A stretch of 64,000 nucleotides of DNA. It comes from Oscillospiraceae bacterium (lineage in GTDB: Bacteria > Bacillota > Clostridia > Oscillospirales > JAGBHD01). The notes below the pieces were generated by a model. The model was not told the DNA's origin, did not search any database, and saw only the letters and a list, made by a program, of their open reading frames with translations. Location: NCBI GenBank assembly GCA_018110785.1, contig JAGBHD010000009.1, positions 940 to 64,939 of the forward strand, given 5' to 3'. Shown one piece after another: positions 27,075 through 40,484 of the stretch. Both the position numbers and the translations under genes were made by a program. The number at the start of each line of letters is the position of its first letter. Position 1 is the stretch's first letter.

Positions 27075-28344
27075 AGCTCCCATATCGGTTTCCGCGCTGA
27101 ATTTATATATTAAATCTTTAATAGGTGCAGACTCTAATTTATCAGATGTTTTGGTAAGCGGTGAAATATCAGGCTTTAAGCACCATTTTGCTACAGGACA
27201 TTTTTATTTTGATTTAAAGGACAACGCTTCATCCGTAAGGGTAGTTATGTTCTCTTCCTATGCAAAGGGGATAAGCTTTACACCTGAAAACGGTATGAAG
27301 GTTATCATAAAAGGGCGAATAGGGGTTTTCGAAAAAGGCGGAACATATCAAATTTATGCCGCATCTATGGAGCCTGAAGGCTTGGGAAATCTTTATCTTC
27401 AGTTTTTAGCGCTTAAAGAAAGGTTAGAAAAGGAAGGCCTTTTTGATAGTTCCCGTAAAAGAGCTCCTAAAAAAATGCCTCAAAAAATTGCGGTAATAAC
27501 CTCAAAAACGGGAGCGGTCATAAAGGATATAGAAAATGTTTTATCCCGTCGATTTCCGCTTTGTAAAATAATTTTATTCCCTGCAACAGTTCAGGGAGAA
27601 ACCGCGGTCCAGTCGATAGCCGAAGCTTTCGATTTAGTTAATTCAGAGGATAATATAGATACAGTTATTTTAGCTCGCGGCGGCGGAAGTCAGAATGATT
27701 TATGGTGTTTTAATGATGAAAGGGTAGTAAGGGCGGTAGCTTCTTGTCGATATCCTGTGATATCGGCAGTAGGCCATGAAACCGATGTAACCCTTTCGGA
27801 TTTTGCGGCAGACCTTCGAGCGCCAACCCCTTCTGCGGCAGCAGAGCTTGCCGCATCTGATATTAAAGATATCTCGGCCTATATTTTGTCGGATAAGAGC
27901 AGAATGAACTCTGCTTTAGAAACCGCTGTTCTTTCGGGGGAGCAGAGAATGAAAACGGCTCTTTCTTTTCCGCTTTTTAGAAATCCCGAAGAATTTTTCG
28001 ATGAAAAAGCGGCAAACCTTTTGTTTTTAACCCAGAGAATAATGAGGGGCGTTGGATTTTTAGACGATAAACAAACCGAAAGAATTAAAAACCTAAAAGA
28101 GAGAATAAATATCGGGGCTAAAAATTATATAGATAAAAAGGAAATGCTCTTTAAAAGTCTTGTTTCCTCTCTTTGTGCTATGAATCCTATGGGAGTTTTA
28201 TCTCGCGGTTTTGCGGCCGTAAGTATTAACGGAAAGATATTTAGCAGCGTCAAAGAGGTAAAAACAGATGATATTTTAAAAATTCATATGTCCGATGGAG
28301 AGTTGTCGGCAAAGGTTTTAGAGAGGGCTGAATATAATGAATGA
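27067..28344 (+). CDS. xseA: Exodeoxyribonuclease VII large subunit
   Basis: About 425 aa with an N-terminal OB fold (..ISVSALNLYIKSLI..VSGEISGFK..) and ..ARGGGS..DLW.FN... Start is ATG 27067 or GTG 27058. Confidence 0.9.
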   Translation: MNRAPISVSALNLYIKSLIGADSNLSDVLVSGEISGFKHHFATGHFYFDLKDNASSVRVVMFSSYAKGISFTPENGMKVIIKGRIGVFEKGGTYQIYAASMEPEGLGNLYLQFLALKERLEKEGLFDSSRKRAPKKMPQKIAVITSKTGAVIKDIENVLSRRFPLCKIILFPATVQGETAVQSIAEAFDLVNSEDNIDTVILARGGGSQNDLWCFNDERVVRAVASCRYPVISAVGHETDVTLSDFAADLRAPTPSAAAELAASDIKDISAYILSDKSRMNSALETAVLSGEQRMKTALSFPLFRNPEEFFDEKAANLLFLTQRIMRGVGFLDDKQTERIKNLKERINIGAKNYIDKKEMLFKSLVSSLCAMNPMGVLSRGFAAVSINGKIFSSVKEVKTDDILKIHMSDGELSAKVLERAEYNE

Positions 28345-28540
28345 GAATATAACATTTGAAAATGCGATTCTTCGTTTAGAGGAAATAGCAAAAGCCTTAG
28401 AGGAGGGAAAGCTTCCCTTGGCTAAATCGGTTGAGCTTTATAAGGAAGGCATGGAACTGTCTGTCTTTTGTAATAAAGAAATAGAAAAAGCGCGATTGAC
28501 GGTAGAGGAATTTACATCGGGCGCTAAAACGGAGGAATAA
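28337..28540 (+). CDS. xseB: Exodeoxyribonuclease VII small subunit
   Basis: 67 aa with ..FENAILRLEEIAKALEEGKLPL..; overlaps xseA by 8 nt. Confidence 0.9.
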   Translation: MNENITFENAILRLEEIAKALEEGKLPLAKSVELYKEGMELSVFCNKEIEKARLTVEEFTSGAKTEE

Positions 28541-28543
28541 TTC

Positions 28544-29404
28544 GTGAAGTTTTTAGAAAAACTTAATCGCGAGCTGAAACACGCTATATCGGCAGAATGT
28601 GAGCATTATCCTGAAAAAACGGTAATTGATGCAATGCTCTATTCTGTATTATCGGGCGGAAAAAGAGTAAGAGGAAGCTTGGTTCGTGCCTTTGCCGTTG
28701 CAGGAGGGGCAGAAGAGGACGAGGCTATAGCAGCTGCTGCGGCAATCGAAATGGTACATGCTTATTCTCTGATTCATGATGATTTGCCCGCGATGGATAA
28801 TGATGACTATAGAAGAGGAAAGCCCTCTTGCCATAAAGCCTTCGGAGAAGCAACCGCTATTTTAGCGGGAGATGCTTTATTAACCTTAGCCTTCAAGGAA
28901 ATCAGCACATGCTCTTTGCCGGATAGTATTAAGGTTAAGCTTATAACCTCTCTTTCAACCGCCGCAGGAGCCGCAGGAATGATTGGCGGACAGCAGGCAG
29001 ATATCTATTTTGAAAATAAAAAATGTTCTATGCAAGAGCTCAGACGTTTGCAAAACGGCAAAACAGGCGCGCTTATTAAAGCGGCTTGTGAAATGGGCGT
29101 TTATATAGCCGAAAAGGACGAGTTTTTACAAAACGCAAGAGCCTTCGGCGAACATCTCGGATTATCATTCCAGATAAGAGATGATGTTTTGGATGTAACA
29201 GGAAACTTTAGCGCTCTTGGTAAAAAAATAGGCTCCGATCAGGAAAATGGAAAATCAACCTTTGTTTCCTTGCTTGGAGTTAAAGAATGCGAAAAATTAA
29301 TCGAAAGTGAAACCTGTTCAGCGCTTTACGTTCTACATTCAACTCCTTTCTGGACAGATGAAATAAAAAATATGGCGGTAAACCTTAAAAACAGAAACGC
29401 ATAG
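28544..29404 (+). CDS. ispA: (2E,6E)-farnesyl diphosphate synthase / polyprenyl synthetase
   Basis: Two Asp-rich motifs (IHDDLPAMDNDDYRRG and QIRDDVLD); GTG start. Confidence 0.9.
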   Translation: MKFLEKLNRELKHAISAECEHYPEKTVIDAMLYSVLSGGKRVRGSLVRAFAVAGGAEEDEAIAAAAAIEMVHAYSLIHDDLPAMDNDDYRRGKPSCHKAFGEATAILAGDALLTLAFKEISTCSLPDSIKVKLITSLSTAAGAAGMIGGQQADIYFENKKCSMQELRRLQNGKTGALIKAACEMGVYIAEKDEFLQNARAFGEHLGLSFQIRDDVLDVTGNFSALGKKIGSDQENGKSTFVSLLGVKECEKLIESETCSALYVLHSTPFWTDEIKNMAVNLKNRNA

Positions 29405-29413
29405 GAAGATAAA

Positions 29414-31237
29414 ATGGGAATTTTAAAGAAAATCAAATTGCCGTCGGACATAAAGAAGCTGACGAATGAGCAAAAAAATCAGCTTTGCTCCGAGGTGCGA
29501 AAGGAAATTATAGAAACTGTTTCTAAAAATGGGGGACATCTTTCCTCGAATTTAGGAGCGGTTGAATTAACTGTTGCCGTTTTATCTGTTTTTTCTCCTC
29601 CCGAGGATAAAATTATCTTCGATGTAGGCCACCAGAGCTATGCTTATAAAATTTTAACCGACCGCAGAAAAAGCTTTGAAACCCTTCGCTTAAAGGGAGG
29701 AGTTTCGGGATTTCCGAAAATTAAAGAAAGTAAATACGATAGCTCAACGGGCGGACATGCGAGCGATTCCGTTTCTATGGGAATAGGAATATCGGCTGGT
29801 AAGAAGATAAAAGGCGAAAATGAAAATATCGTTGCCATAACGGGCGACGGAGCTATGTCGGGCGGTCTTGTCTTTGAGGGGCTTAATAATATCCATGCCG
29901 CAGGCAAAATGATTATGATATTAAACGATAATGAAATGTCGATATCCGATTCTGTAGGCTCATTTTCTAACCACCTTTCAAAAATTCGCTCTACGGGTGG
30001 ATATATTAAAGCTAAAAGAGGGCTTCAAAAATTCATAACAAATCTCCCTGTAGTAGGTCAATCGGTGCATGATGCCTTGGTAAGCTCAAAGGAAGCCTTT
30101 AAAAGAGCCATCTATGACCACGGTTATTTTACCGATATGGGGCTCGATTATTATGGCCCTGTTGACGGACACGATATAGAGGGACTTTGCAGAGTTCTTT
30201 CTGCCGCAAAGGAAAACAGAGCGCCTTGTGTAGTCCATGTTGTAACCAAAAAGGGTAGGGGCTATTCGTTTGCCGAAAAAGACCCTTGCCGTTTCCATGG
30301 TGTCGGCGCTTTTAATAAGGCATCAGGCAGAATGCTTTCCGAAAGAAAAGAAACCTTCTCTGATTGCTTCGGAGAATATATAGCAAATAAAGGCGGAGAA
30401 AACCATAAAATATGCGCTATAACCGCTGCTATGACTGATGGAACAGGTCTTTCAGACTTTAAAAAGAGCTATCCCGAGCGCTTTTTCGATGTAGGAATTG
30501 CCGAAGAACACGCGGCAGTTTTTGCTTCGGGACTAGCTTTAGAGGGGCTTATCCCTGTAACGGCTATTTATTCGGCTTTTCTTTTAAGAGCAACCGATGA
30601 GATAATTCATAACTGTATTTTAGAAAAGAAGCATATGGTTTTCGCTATCGACAGAGCAGGTTTTGTCGGAGAAGACGGCGAAACCCATAACGGAGTTTTG
30701 GATGTATCGGTGTTTTCAAATTTCCCGGGTGTTGAGATATATGCTCCTGCAAGTTTTTCGGAGCTTAAAAGTATGCTTGACGAAGCGATAGACAGCTTTG
30801 ACGGTATCGCCTTTGTGCGCTATCCTAAAGGAAGCGAAACAGAGTTTACAAAAGGATATAAATATTCGGGCAATCCATATGATGTTTTATCTTCAGGCTC
30901 TGATACAGTTGTTATAACCTATGGCAGAACATTTTCTTCCGCTTTAGAGGTATTAGCTGAAAAAAAGGCAGATATTATTAAATTAAATAAGCTTTCCTAT
31001 GTAGAAGATATAGCAGAGGTTTTAAAAATATATAAAAAGGCAGTATTTATCGAAGAGGGAAATAAAAGCGGCGGTATAGCCGAAAAGCTCGGAAGAAAAA
31101 TTGCCGAGGAAAAGATAGATATAGATTATAAAATATCCGCCATAGAGGGCGCCTTTGTTCCTCATATGACTATAGAGGAAGCATTCTCGGAATATATGAT
31201 GGATAAAGAAGGAATTTTGAAAACTATCGGAGAATAA
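29414..31237 (+). CDS. dxs: 1-deoxy-D-xylulose-5-phosphate synthase
   Basis: 607 aa with ..GGHLSSNLGAVELTVA..FDVGHQSYAYKILT.. and the TPP-binding GDGAMSGG. Confidence 0.95.
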   Translation: MGILKKIKLPSDIKKLTNEQKNQLCSEVRKEIIETVSKNGGHLSSNLGAVELTVAVLSVFSPPEDKIIFDVGHQSYAYKILTDRRKSFETLRLKGGVSGFPKIKESKYDSSTGGHASDSVSMGIGISAGKKIKGENENIVAITGDGAMSGGLVFEGLNNIHAAGKMIMILNDNEMSISDSVGSFSNHLSKIRSTGGYIKAKRGLQKFITNLPVVGQSVHDALVSSKEAFKRAIYDHGYFTDMGLDYYGPVDGHDIEGLCRVLSAAKENRAPCVVHVVTKKGRGYSFAEKDPCRFHGVGAFNKASGRMLSERKETFSDCFGEYIANKGGENHKICAITAAMTDGTGLSDFKKSYPERFFDVGIAEEHAAVFASGLALEGLIPVTAIYSAFLLRATDEIIHNCILEKKHMVFAIDRAGFVGEDGETHNGVLDVSVFSNFPGVEIYAPASFSELKSMLDEAIDSFDGIAFVRYPKGSETEFTKGYKYSGNPYDVLSSGSDTVVITYGRTFSSALEVLAEKKADIIKLNKLSYVEDIAEVLKIYKKAVFIEEGNKSGGIAEKLGRKIAEEKIDIDYKISAIEGAFVPHMTIEEAFSEYMMDKEGILKTIGE

Positions 31238-31238
31238 A

Positions 31239-32045
31239 ATGGCAAAAGAAAGATTAGATGCGGCATTAGTAAATAGAGGTCTTATAAGCGGCAGAGCTAA
31301 GGCTAAAGCCCTTATTATGGCAGGCAAGGTGTATGTAAACGGGGTTAAATGCGAAAAGGCAGGAGAAGCCGTTTCAGAAGATGCTGAAATTGAGGTTAAA
31401 GCGCCTGCACTTCCTTTTGTAAGTCGCGGGGGATTAAAGCTTCAAAAGGCAATGGAAACATTTCCAATAGATTTAAAGGATAATGTTTGTATGGATATCG
31501 GCGCCTCAACAGGCGGTTTTACCGATTGTATGCTTATTTCGGGAGCTAAAAGGGTTTATGCCGTTGATGTAGGCTATGGTCAGCTCGCTTGGAAGCTCAG
31601 AACTGATGAAAGGGTTATAAACTTAGAATGAACTAATGCAAGATATCTCGATAGAGAAAAGGTGCCCGAGGATATAGATTTTATTTCAGTTGATGTTTCT
31701 TTTATATCATTAAAGCTTATTTTGCCGGTAGTATATAGCTTTTTGAAAGATACGGGGAGCGCTTGTCTTTTGATAAAGCCGCAGTTTGAAGCGGGGAAGG
31801 ACAAGGTCGGCAAAAAGGGTGTAGTTAGGGATATAGCCGTTCATAATGAGGTTATAGAAAGGGTAATAGAAGAGGCAAAGGAATTGGGATTTGCCGTAAA
31901 AGGACTTACCTTTTCGCCCGTTAAAGGTCCCGAGGGCAATATAGAATATCTTATATATCTTAAAAAATCAGGTGAAAGCGAAGAAATAACCTTTAAGGAA
32001 ATAACAGAATCGGCGCATGCCGAATTAAATACAGGAGAAGAATAA
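31239..32045 (+). pseudogene. tlyA: TlyA/YqxC-family rRNA 2'-O-methyltransferase interrupted by one in-frame TGA (31629-31631)
   Basis: ORFs 31239-31631 and 31662-32045 share a frame. Read-through gives ..RTDERVINLE*TNARYLDREKVPEDIDFISVDVSFISL... The protein has an S4 domain and a DIGASTGGFTD SAM motif. Confidence 0.8.
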
Positions 32046-32806
32046 TGAAAATACTTCTTTATCCAAATCCTTTAGTTTCAGAAGCAGCAGAAATAAAGGA
32101 TGAAATAAAAAGGCTCTTCAAAAATGAGGAAATAACAGAGGATATAAACGACTTTTTTGATGCTATAATAACCATAGGCGGCGATGGAACTATCCTTCAT
32201 GCCGCTAAAATAGCTTCCGAAAGGGGAGTTGCAATAGCAGGAGTTAATGTAGGAAGGCTCGGTTATTTGACCTCGCTGGAAAAGTCTGAAATAGAATATC
32301 TTCCCGAGATTATAAGAGAAAATAATGTTTCTGAACATATGCTTTTAGATGTTTATGTAAACGGAGAGCTTTTAAAAACAATTGTAAATGAAGCCGCGAT
32401 TATCCGAGAAAACTATAAAGGTATTGCCGAAATAACTGCGGAAATTGCAGAGGGGGATAGCTTTAGCTATTTAGCAGATGGGCTTATAGTTTCGACGCCT
32501 ACAGGCTCTACAGCCTATTCATTCAGCGCAGGCGGACCTATAATCGAACATACTGCCGATAATATTTTATTAACCCCCGTATGCCCTCATTCTTTAGCTA
32601 ACCGCTCGCTTATCATATCGGGAGACAGGTCTTTGAAGGTAACTGCTAAAAGCCGCAGTAAAATAATTCTTCTGTTAGATGGCGAGCCGCTTTGTGAAAT
32701 AGCGGAAGATATTGAAATTGAAATCAAAAAAAGCAAAAAAACTTTAAAAATTTATAAAAAGCATAGCGGAAATTTTTATTCCGTATTAAAAACAAAACTT
32801 CTTTAG
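32045..32806 (+). CDS. nadK: NAD kinase
   Basis: 253 aa with the GGDGT motif (TIGGDGTILHAA) and ..STPTGSTAY.. Confidence 0.9.
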   Translation: MKILLYPNPLVSEAAEIKDEIKRLFKNEEITEDINDFFDAIITIGGDGTILHAAKIASERGVAIAGVNVGRLGYLTSLEKSEIEYLPEIIRENNVSEHMLLDVYVNGELLKTIVNEAAIIRENYKGIAEITAEIAEGDSFSYLADGLIVSTPTGSTAYSFSAGGPIIEHTADNILLTPVCPHSLANRSLIISGDRSLKVTAKSRSKIILLLDGEPLCEIAEDIEIEIKKSKKTLKIYKKHSGNFYSVLKTKLL

Positions 32807-32815
32807 AGGTAATAC

Positions 32816-33262
32816 ATGAATAAATCTCAAAGACAATCATTAATTCTTTCCTTGATAGAAAAAGAAGATATTTCAACCCAAGAGGAGCTAACCGAGCGAC
32901 TTCGCGCGTCAGGTGCCGAAGTAACTCAGGCAACAGCCTCTCGCGATATTAAGGAATTAGGTCTTATAAAGGCAAAAAGAAGAGGCGGGAAATATTCATA
33001 TATTCTCCCCAAAACAGAAACCCCGAAACCTAAGAGTGGAATTTTAATTTCCTCAGTTATTTCAGCAGTTGCCGCAGGAAATATTCTTTGTGTTAAATGT
33101 CTTTCGGGAACAGCTTCGGGAGCTGCGGCGGCGCTTGACGAGATGAAGCTTGACTCTGCTATAGGAACAATAGCAGGTGATGATACTATTTTTATCCTCG
33201 CTGCAAGCGAAGATAAAGCGCGCGAATTAGAAGAGAAGATAAACTTTATGATAGGTAGGTAA
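32816..33262 (+). CDS. argR: Arginine repressor
   Basis: 148 aa with a winged-helix region ..TQEEL..L...G..VTQATASRDIKELGL.. and C-terminal ..GTIAGDDTIF.. Confidence 0.9.
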   Translation: MNKSQRQSLILSLIEKEDISTQEELTERLRASGAEVTQATASRDIKELGLIKAKRRGGKYSYILPKTETPKPKSGILISSVISAVAAGNILCVKCLSGTASGAAAALDEMKLDSAIGTIAGDDTIFILAASEDKARELEEKINFMIGR

Positions 33263-33268
33263 AAGGGA

Positions 33269-34921
33269 ATGCTTTCAAAACTATGCGCTCAGAATGTTGC
33301 AGTTATAGAAAAAGCAGAAATTGACCTTGAAAACGGCTTTAATGTTTTTACCGGTGAAACCGGAGCAGGAAAGTCTATCTTGGTCGATGCTATTTGCGCT
33401 GTTTTAGGGGCGCGTACTTCTAAAAGCATTGTCAGAACGGGGGAGACAAAAGCCCGAGTAACAGCCGTTTTCGAGAATATTTCCGAAGAGGCTATGGAAA
33501 AACTTAAAAAAGAAAACCTTTTATCAGAAAATAACGAGTGTATTTTATATAGAGAAATCGGTGCTGATGGCAGATCTTCCGCAAAGATAAACGGGAATAT
33601 AGTACCTCTTTCGGTTTTAAAGGAAATAGGCTCTGCCCTTATCGGAATATACGGTCAGAACGATAGCCATGACCTTTTACATAGCAAAAAGCATCTTTTT
33701 ATGATAGACTCCTTTGGCGGACTTCTTCCTAAAAGGCAAGAGCTTTATAAAACAGTTCTTCGTTTTTCCGAGGTTAACGGAGAGCTTAAAAAATTGGTTG
33801 CCGAGCGAGATGAAGCAAACCGCAAAAGAGAGCTTTATGAGTTTCAGGTAAATGAGATAGACAATGCCGCCTTAAAGGCAGACGAAGAAGATGAGCTTTT
33901 AAAAAGAATAAAGGTTTTAAAAAGCTCGGATAAAATTATAAAAACAATGCAGAAAGCGGCATCTCTGTTTTATAGCGACGGAAATGGTCCTATAGAAGCC
34001 TTAGGCTCATTAGAAAAGGATTTAAGTTTGGTTGCTGCTGAGGACGAGGAAAGCGAAAAGATTTATGACCGATTTTCTTCTGCTTATTTAGAGCTTTGTG
34101 ATACCTTAAGAGAAGCCGAAAGATATGCTTGGGGATTTAATATGGGGGAGGCCGAGCTTCAAAAAAGCGAAGACCGCCTCTATGAAATCAAAACCTTGAA
34201 CAGAAAATACGGTCCTACTACCGAAGAAACTCTAAAATTTGCCGATAGTCTTCGCGATAAAATAACAAAAGCCAAAGAGGACGAAAGCAGAATAAATCTT
34301 TTGTCGGCTGAGGCTAAAAAGATTTATGACGAAGCGGCAAAAAAGGCAAAAGAGCTGTCAGAGCTAAGACATAAAAGCGCCGAACGCTTTATGGCGGAAA
34401 TAACAGCTGTTTTAAAGGACCTTAATATGAAGAATGTCCGAATGGAAACCGATTTTAAAGAAAAGAAGCTTTCTTCAAACGGTATTGATGAAGCAGAATT
34501 CTTAATAAGCGTTAATCCGGGGGAGCCGCCTAAGCCTTTATCTAAAATTGCATCGGGCGGAGAAAACTCTCGAATAATGCTCGCCATAAAATCTGTTATG
34601 GCGGATAGAGATACTATCGATACGATGATTTTCGATGAAATAGATACAGGTGTTTCGGGATCGGGAGCCTCTAAAATAGGGGATAAGCTCCAAGGTCTTT
34701 CCTCATCAAAGCAGGTTATTTGCATAACCCATCAGGCTCAAATAGCCGCAATGGCAAATGCGCATTTTCATATAGAGAAAAATGTTGTAAATGGTAGAAC
34801 CTTTACAACCGTTGAAGAAATTTCGGGCGAAAAAAGAGCCGAAGAAATTGCAAAAATTATGGGCGGCGATAAATATTCCTCTTCGCTTTTGGATTCTGCC
34901 CGCAAGATGATTGGAATTTAA
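33269..34921 (+). CDS. recN: DNA repair protein RecN
   Basis: 550 aa SMC-like protein with Walker A GETGAGKS and C-terminal ..SGGE..IFDEIDTGVSG.. Confidence 0.9.
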   Translation: MLSKLCAQNVAVIEKAEIDLENGFNVFTGETGAGKSILVDAICAVLGARTSKSIVRTGETKARVTAVFENISEEAMEKLKKENLLSENNECILYREIGADGRSSAKINGNIVPLSVLKEIGSALIGIYGQNDSHDLLHSKKHLFMIDSFGGLLPKRQELYKTVLRFSEVNGELKKLVAERDEANRKRELYEFQVNEIDNAALKADEEDELLKRIKVLKSSDKIIKTMQKAASLFYSDGNGPIEALGSLEKDLSLVAAEDEESEKIYDRFSSAYLELCDTLREAERYAWGFNMGEAELQKSEDRLYEIKTLNRKYGPTTEETLKFADSLRDKITKAKEDESRINLLSAEAKKIYDEAAKKAKELSELRHKSAERFMAEITAVLKDLNMKNVRMETDFKEKKLSSNGIDEAEFLISVNPGEPPKPLSKIASGGENSRIMLAIKSVMADRDTIDTMIFDEIDTGVSGSGASKIGDKLQGLSSSKQVICITHQAQIAAMANAHFHIEKNVVNGRTFTTVEEISGEKRAEEIAKIMGGDKYSSSLLDSARKMIGI

Positions 34922-35817
34922 AGAATAATTCCGTAAACCAGCGCCTCATATATTTTAAGATAAATGCTGTCGAGGTCTTCTAACGGAAGAGGGTTTTCTC
35001 CTTTTCCTATTTCGAAGGTAAATCCCGGTCGGGAAAATTCCTTTATAAACCAATCCTTAAATCCGCCGTGAGATGCAGTTCCTTCAGGTAATATTAGCTT
35101 ATATCCCGAAAAGGAAGACAGAATTTTGGCTATAAGTGTACTGCGGTAGGGAATATCTCCGTTATAGGTGTAATAAATTTCCTCGCCTTGAGAATGAAAT
35201 GCTGAAACAGATATAACATTATTGTTTCTGCAAAAATCGCAGAGCGCTCGGCTTTCGGGCTCGCTTTCGGGATAAGGTCCGCCGTATTTTTTGATTGCGG
35301 GGCCGAAAATTCCCTCAGCCTCTTCCATCTTTTTTAAAATATCATGTCCGGCATCAAAATTATGGTTTATATCAACCCCTCGCGCGTTGGCGTTCCAATA
35401 AAAGGTGTCATTTGTTATCCCTTCTATAAGAGAGCGATAATTTCCCGCGGCAGAGGGCCCCTCTCTTCTGATTTCAAGTCCATCGGGATTTATAAGCGGA
35501 GCTATAACAACGCTTCTGCCCTCTAAAGCATTTCTTATGTTAATTCCCGCAATATGTTCGAAGCTTTCATATTTTTTAGATAATTCCCATAAAAACTTCA
35601 AAAGCAGATTAACTGTTAAATCTTCTATCGGGTGAAAACAACCCGCATATAAAACAATGTTTTCTCCGTCGCCGATTTTTATAGCATCTATCTTTCTGTT
35701 TAAAACCGATTTTCCTATATTGATTTTTTTAGCTGAACGGCAGTAAACCGAGATAAGCTTTAAGGCGGCATCAACCCCCTCATAAGAGGCGGGCGAATAT
35801 ATAATTTTTTCTATCAA
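34918..35817 (-). CDS. M14 family zinc carboxypeptidase (gamma-D-glutamyl-meso-diaminopimelate peptidase-like)
   Basis: HPIE (HxxE) zinc site, ..NPDG.., ..ARGVDINHNF.., ..FHSQGE.. and ..FTFEIG... I prefer the TTG start at 35817, which has GGAGG 8 nt upstream. The longest ORF starts at ATG 35880 with no SD and contains the nudF promoter. Confidence 0.75.
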   Translation of the reverse strand: MIEKIIYSPASYEGVDAALKLISVYCRSAKKINIGKSVLNRKIDAIKIGDGENIVLYAGCFHPIEDLTVNLLLKFLWELSKKYESFEHIAGINIRNALEGRSVVIAPLINPDGLEIRREGPSAAGNYRSLIEGITNDTFYWNANARGVDINHNFDAGHDILKKMEEAEGIFGPAIKKYGGPYPESEPESRALCDFCRNNNVISVSAFHSQGEEIYYTYNGDIPYRSTLIAKILSSFSGYKLILPEGTASHGGFKDWFIKEFSRPGFTFEIGKGENPLPLEDLDSIYLKIYEALVYGIIL

Positions 35818-35835
35818 AAACAGATCCTCCTTTTG

Positions 35836-35864
35836 TTGACAAAATCTGTAACTATATATATAAT
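35836..35864 (+). promoter_or_regulatory. Consensus sigmaA promoter for nudF-prmA(-lacZ): TTGACA, 17 nt, TATAAT
   Basis: TTGACA (35836-35841), spacer aaatctgtaactatata, TATAAT (35859-35864). Confidence 0.7.
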
Positions 35865-35894
35865 TTATATTAAATTCCAAGGTGGTATATGTTT

Positions 35895-36424
35895 ATGAAA
35901 CCCGAAAAAACAATAAAAGAAAATCTCTGCTTTAAAGGCAAAATATTAACCGTTTTTAACGATGAAATTCTAACCGCCGGCGGAAACAAAGCAACAAGGG
36001 AATATATCCGTCATAACGGCGGAGTTTGCGTTGTTGCAATAAATGCTGAAAACGAGGTTTATATGGTGCGGCAGTATCGTTATCCATATAGAGAAGAGGT
36101 TTTGGAGCTTCCTGCAGGAAAGCTTGAATTAGGAGAGGATCCATTAAAAGCGGGTATGCGGGAGCTTGAAGAGGAAACGGGAATGAGAGCGGGTAAAATT
36201 GAGTTTTTAGGTCAGTTTTATCCAACTCCGGGATATACAAATGAAATTATTTATATGTATAAAGCAACCGAGCTTACTGCAGTTGGGCAGAATTTAGATG
36301 AAGATGAGTTTCTCTCGGTTGAAAAATACGATATTCAAAAGCTCGGCGAAATGATACTTTCCGGAGAGATTAAGGACGGAAAAACAATAGCTGCCGTATT
36401 AAAGGTCTTGGCAGGTGATAAGAA

Positions 36425-36428
<4 letters not shown>
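35895..36428 (+). CDS. nudF: ADP-ribose pyrophosphatase (NUDIX hydrolase)
   Basis: Nudix box GKLELGEDPLKAGMRELEEETG. SD AAGGTGG (35879-35885) fits the ATG at 35895 better than the one at 35889. Confidence 0.85.
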
Positions 36429-40421
<3,993 letters not shown>

Positions 40422-40484
40422 TAATTTGGCATACAGAATAATAAATTGGTAAAGATAATAAAGTAAAAAAGAAAGGTGAGAATT

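Noticed and set aside
31629-31631. Selenocysteine or programmed recoding at the tlyA TGA
   Set aside because: The aligned family residue is Arg, not Cys/Sec. I saw no SECIS-like hairpin immediately downstream. TGA serves as an ordinary stop elsewhere in the window (for example spoIIIAA, spoIIIAC, nusB, whiA, ligA). A nonsense mutation or base-call error is simpler.
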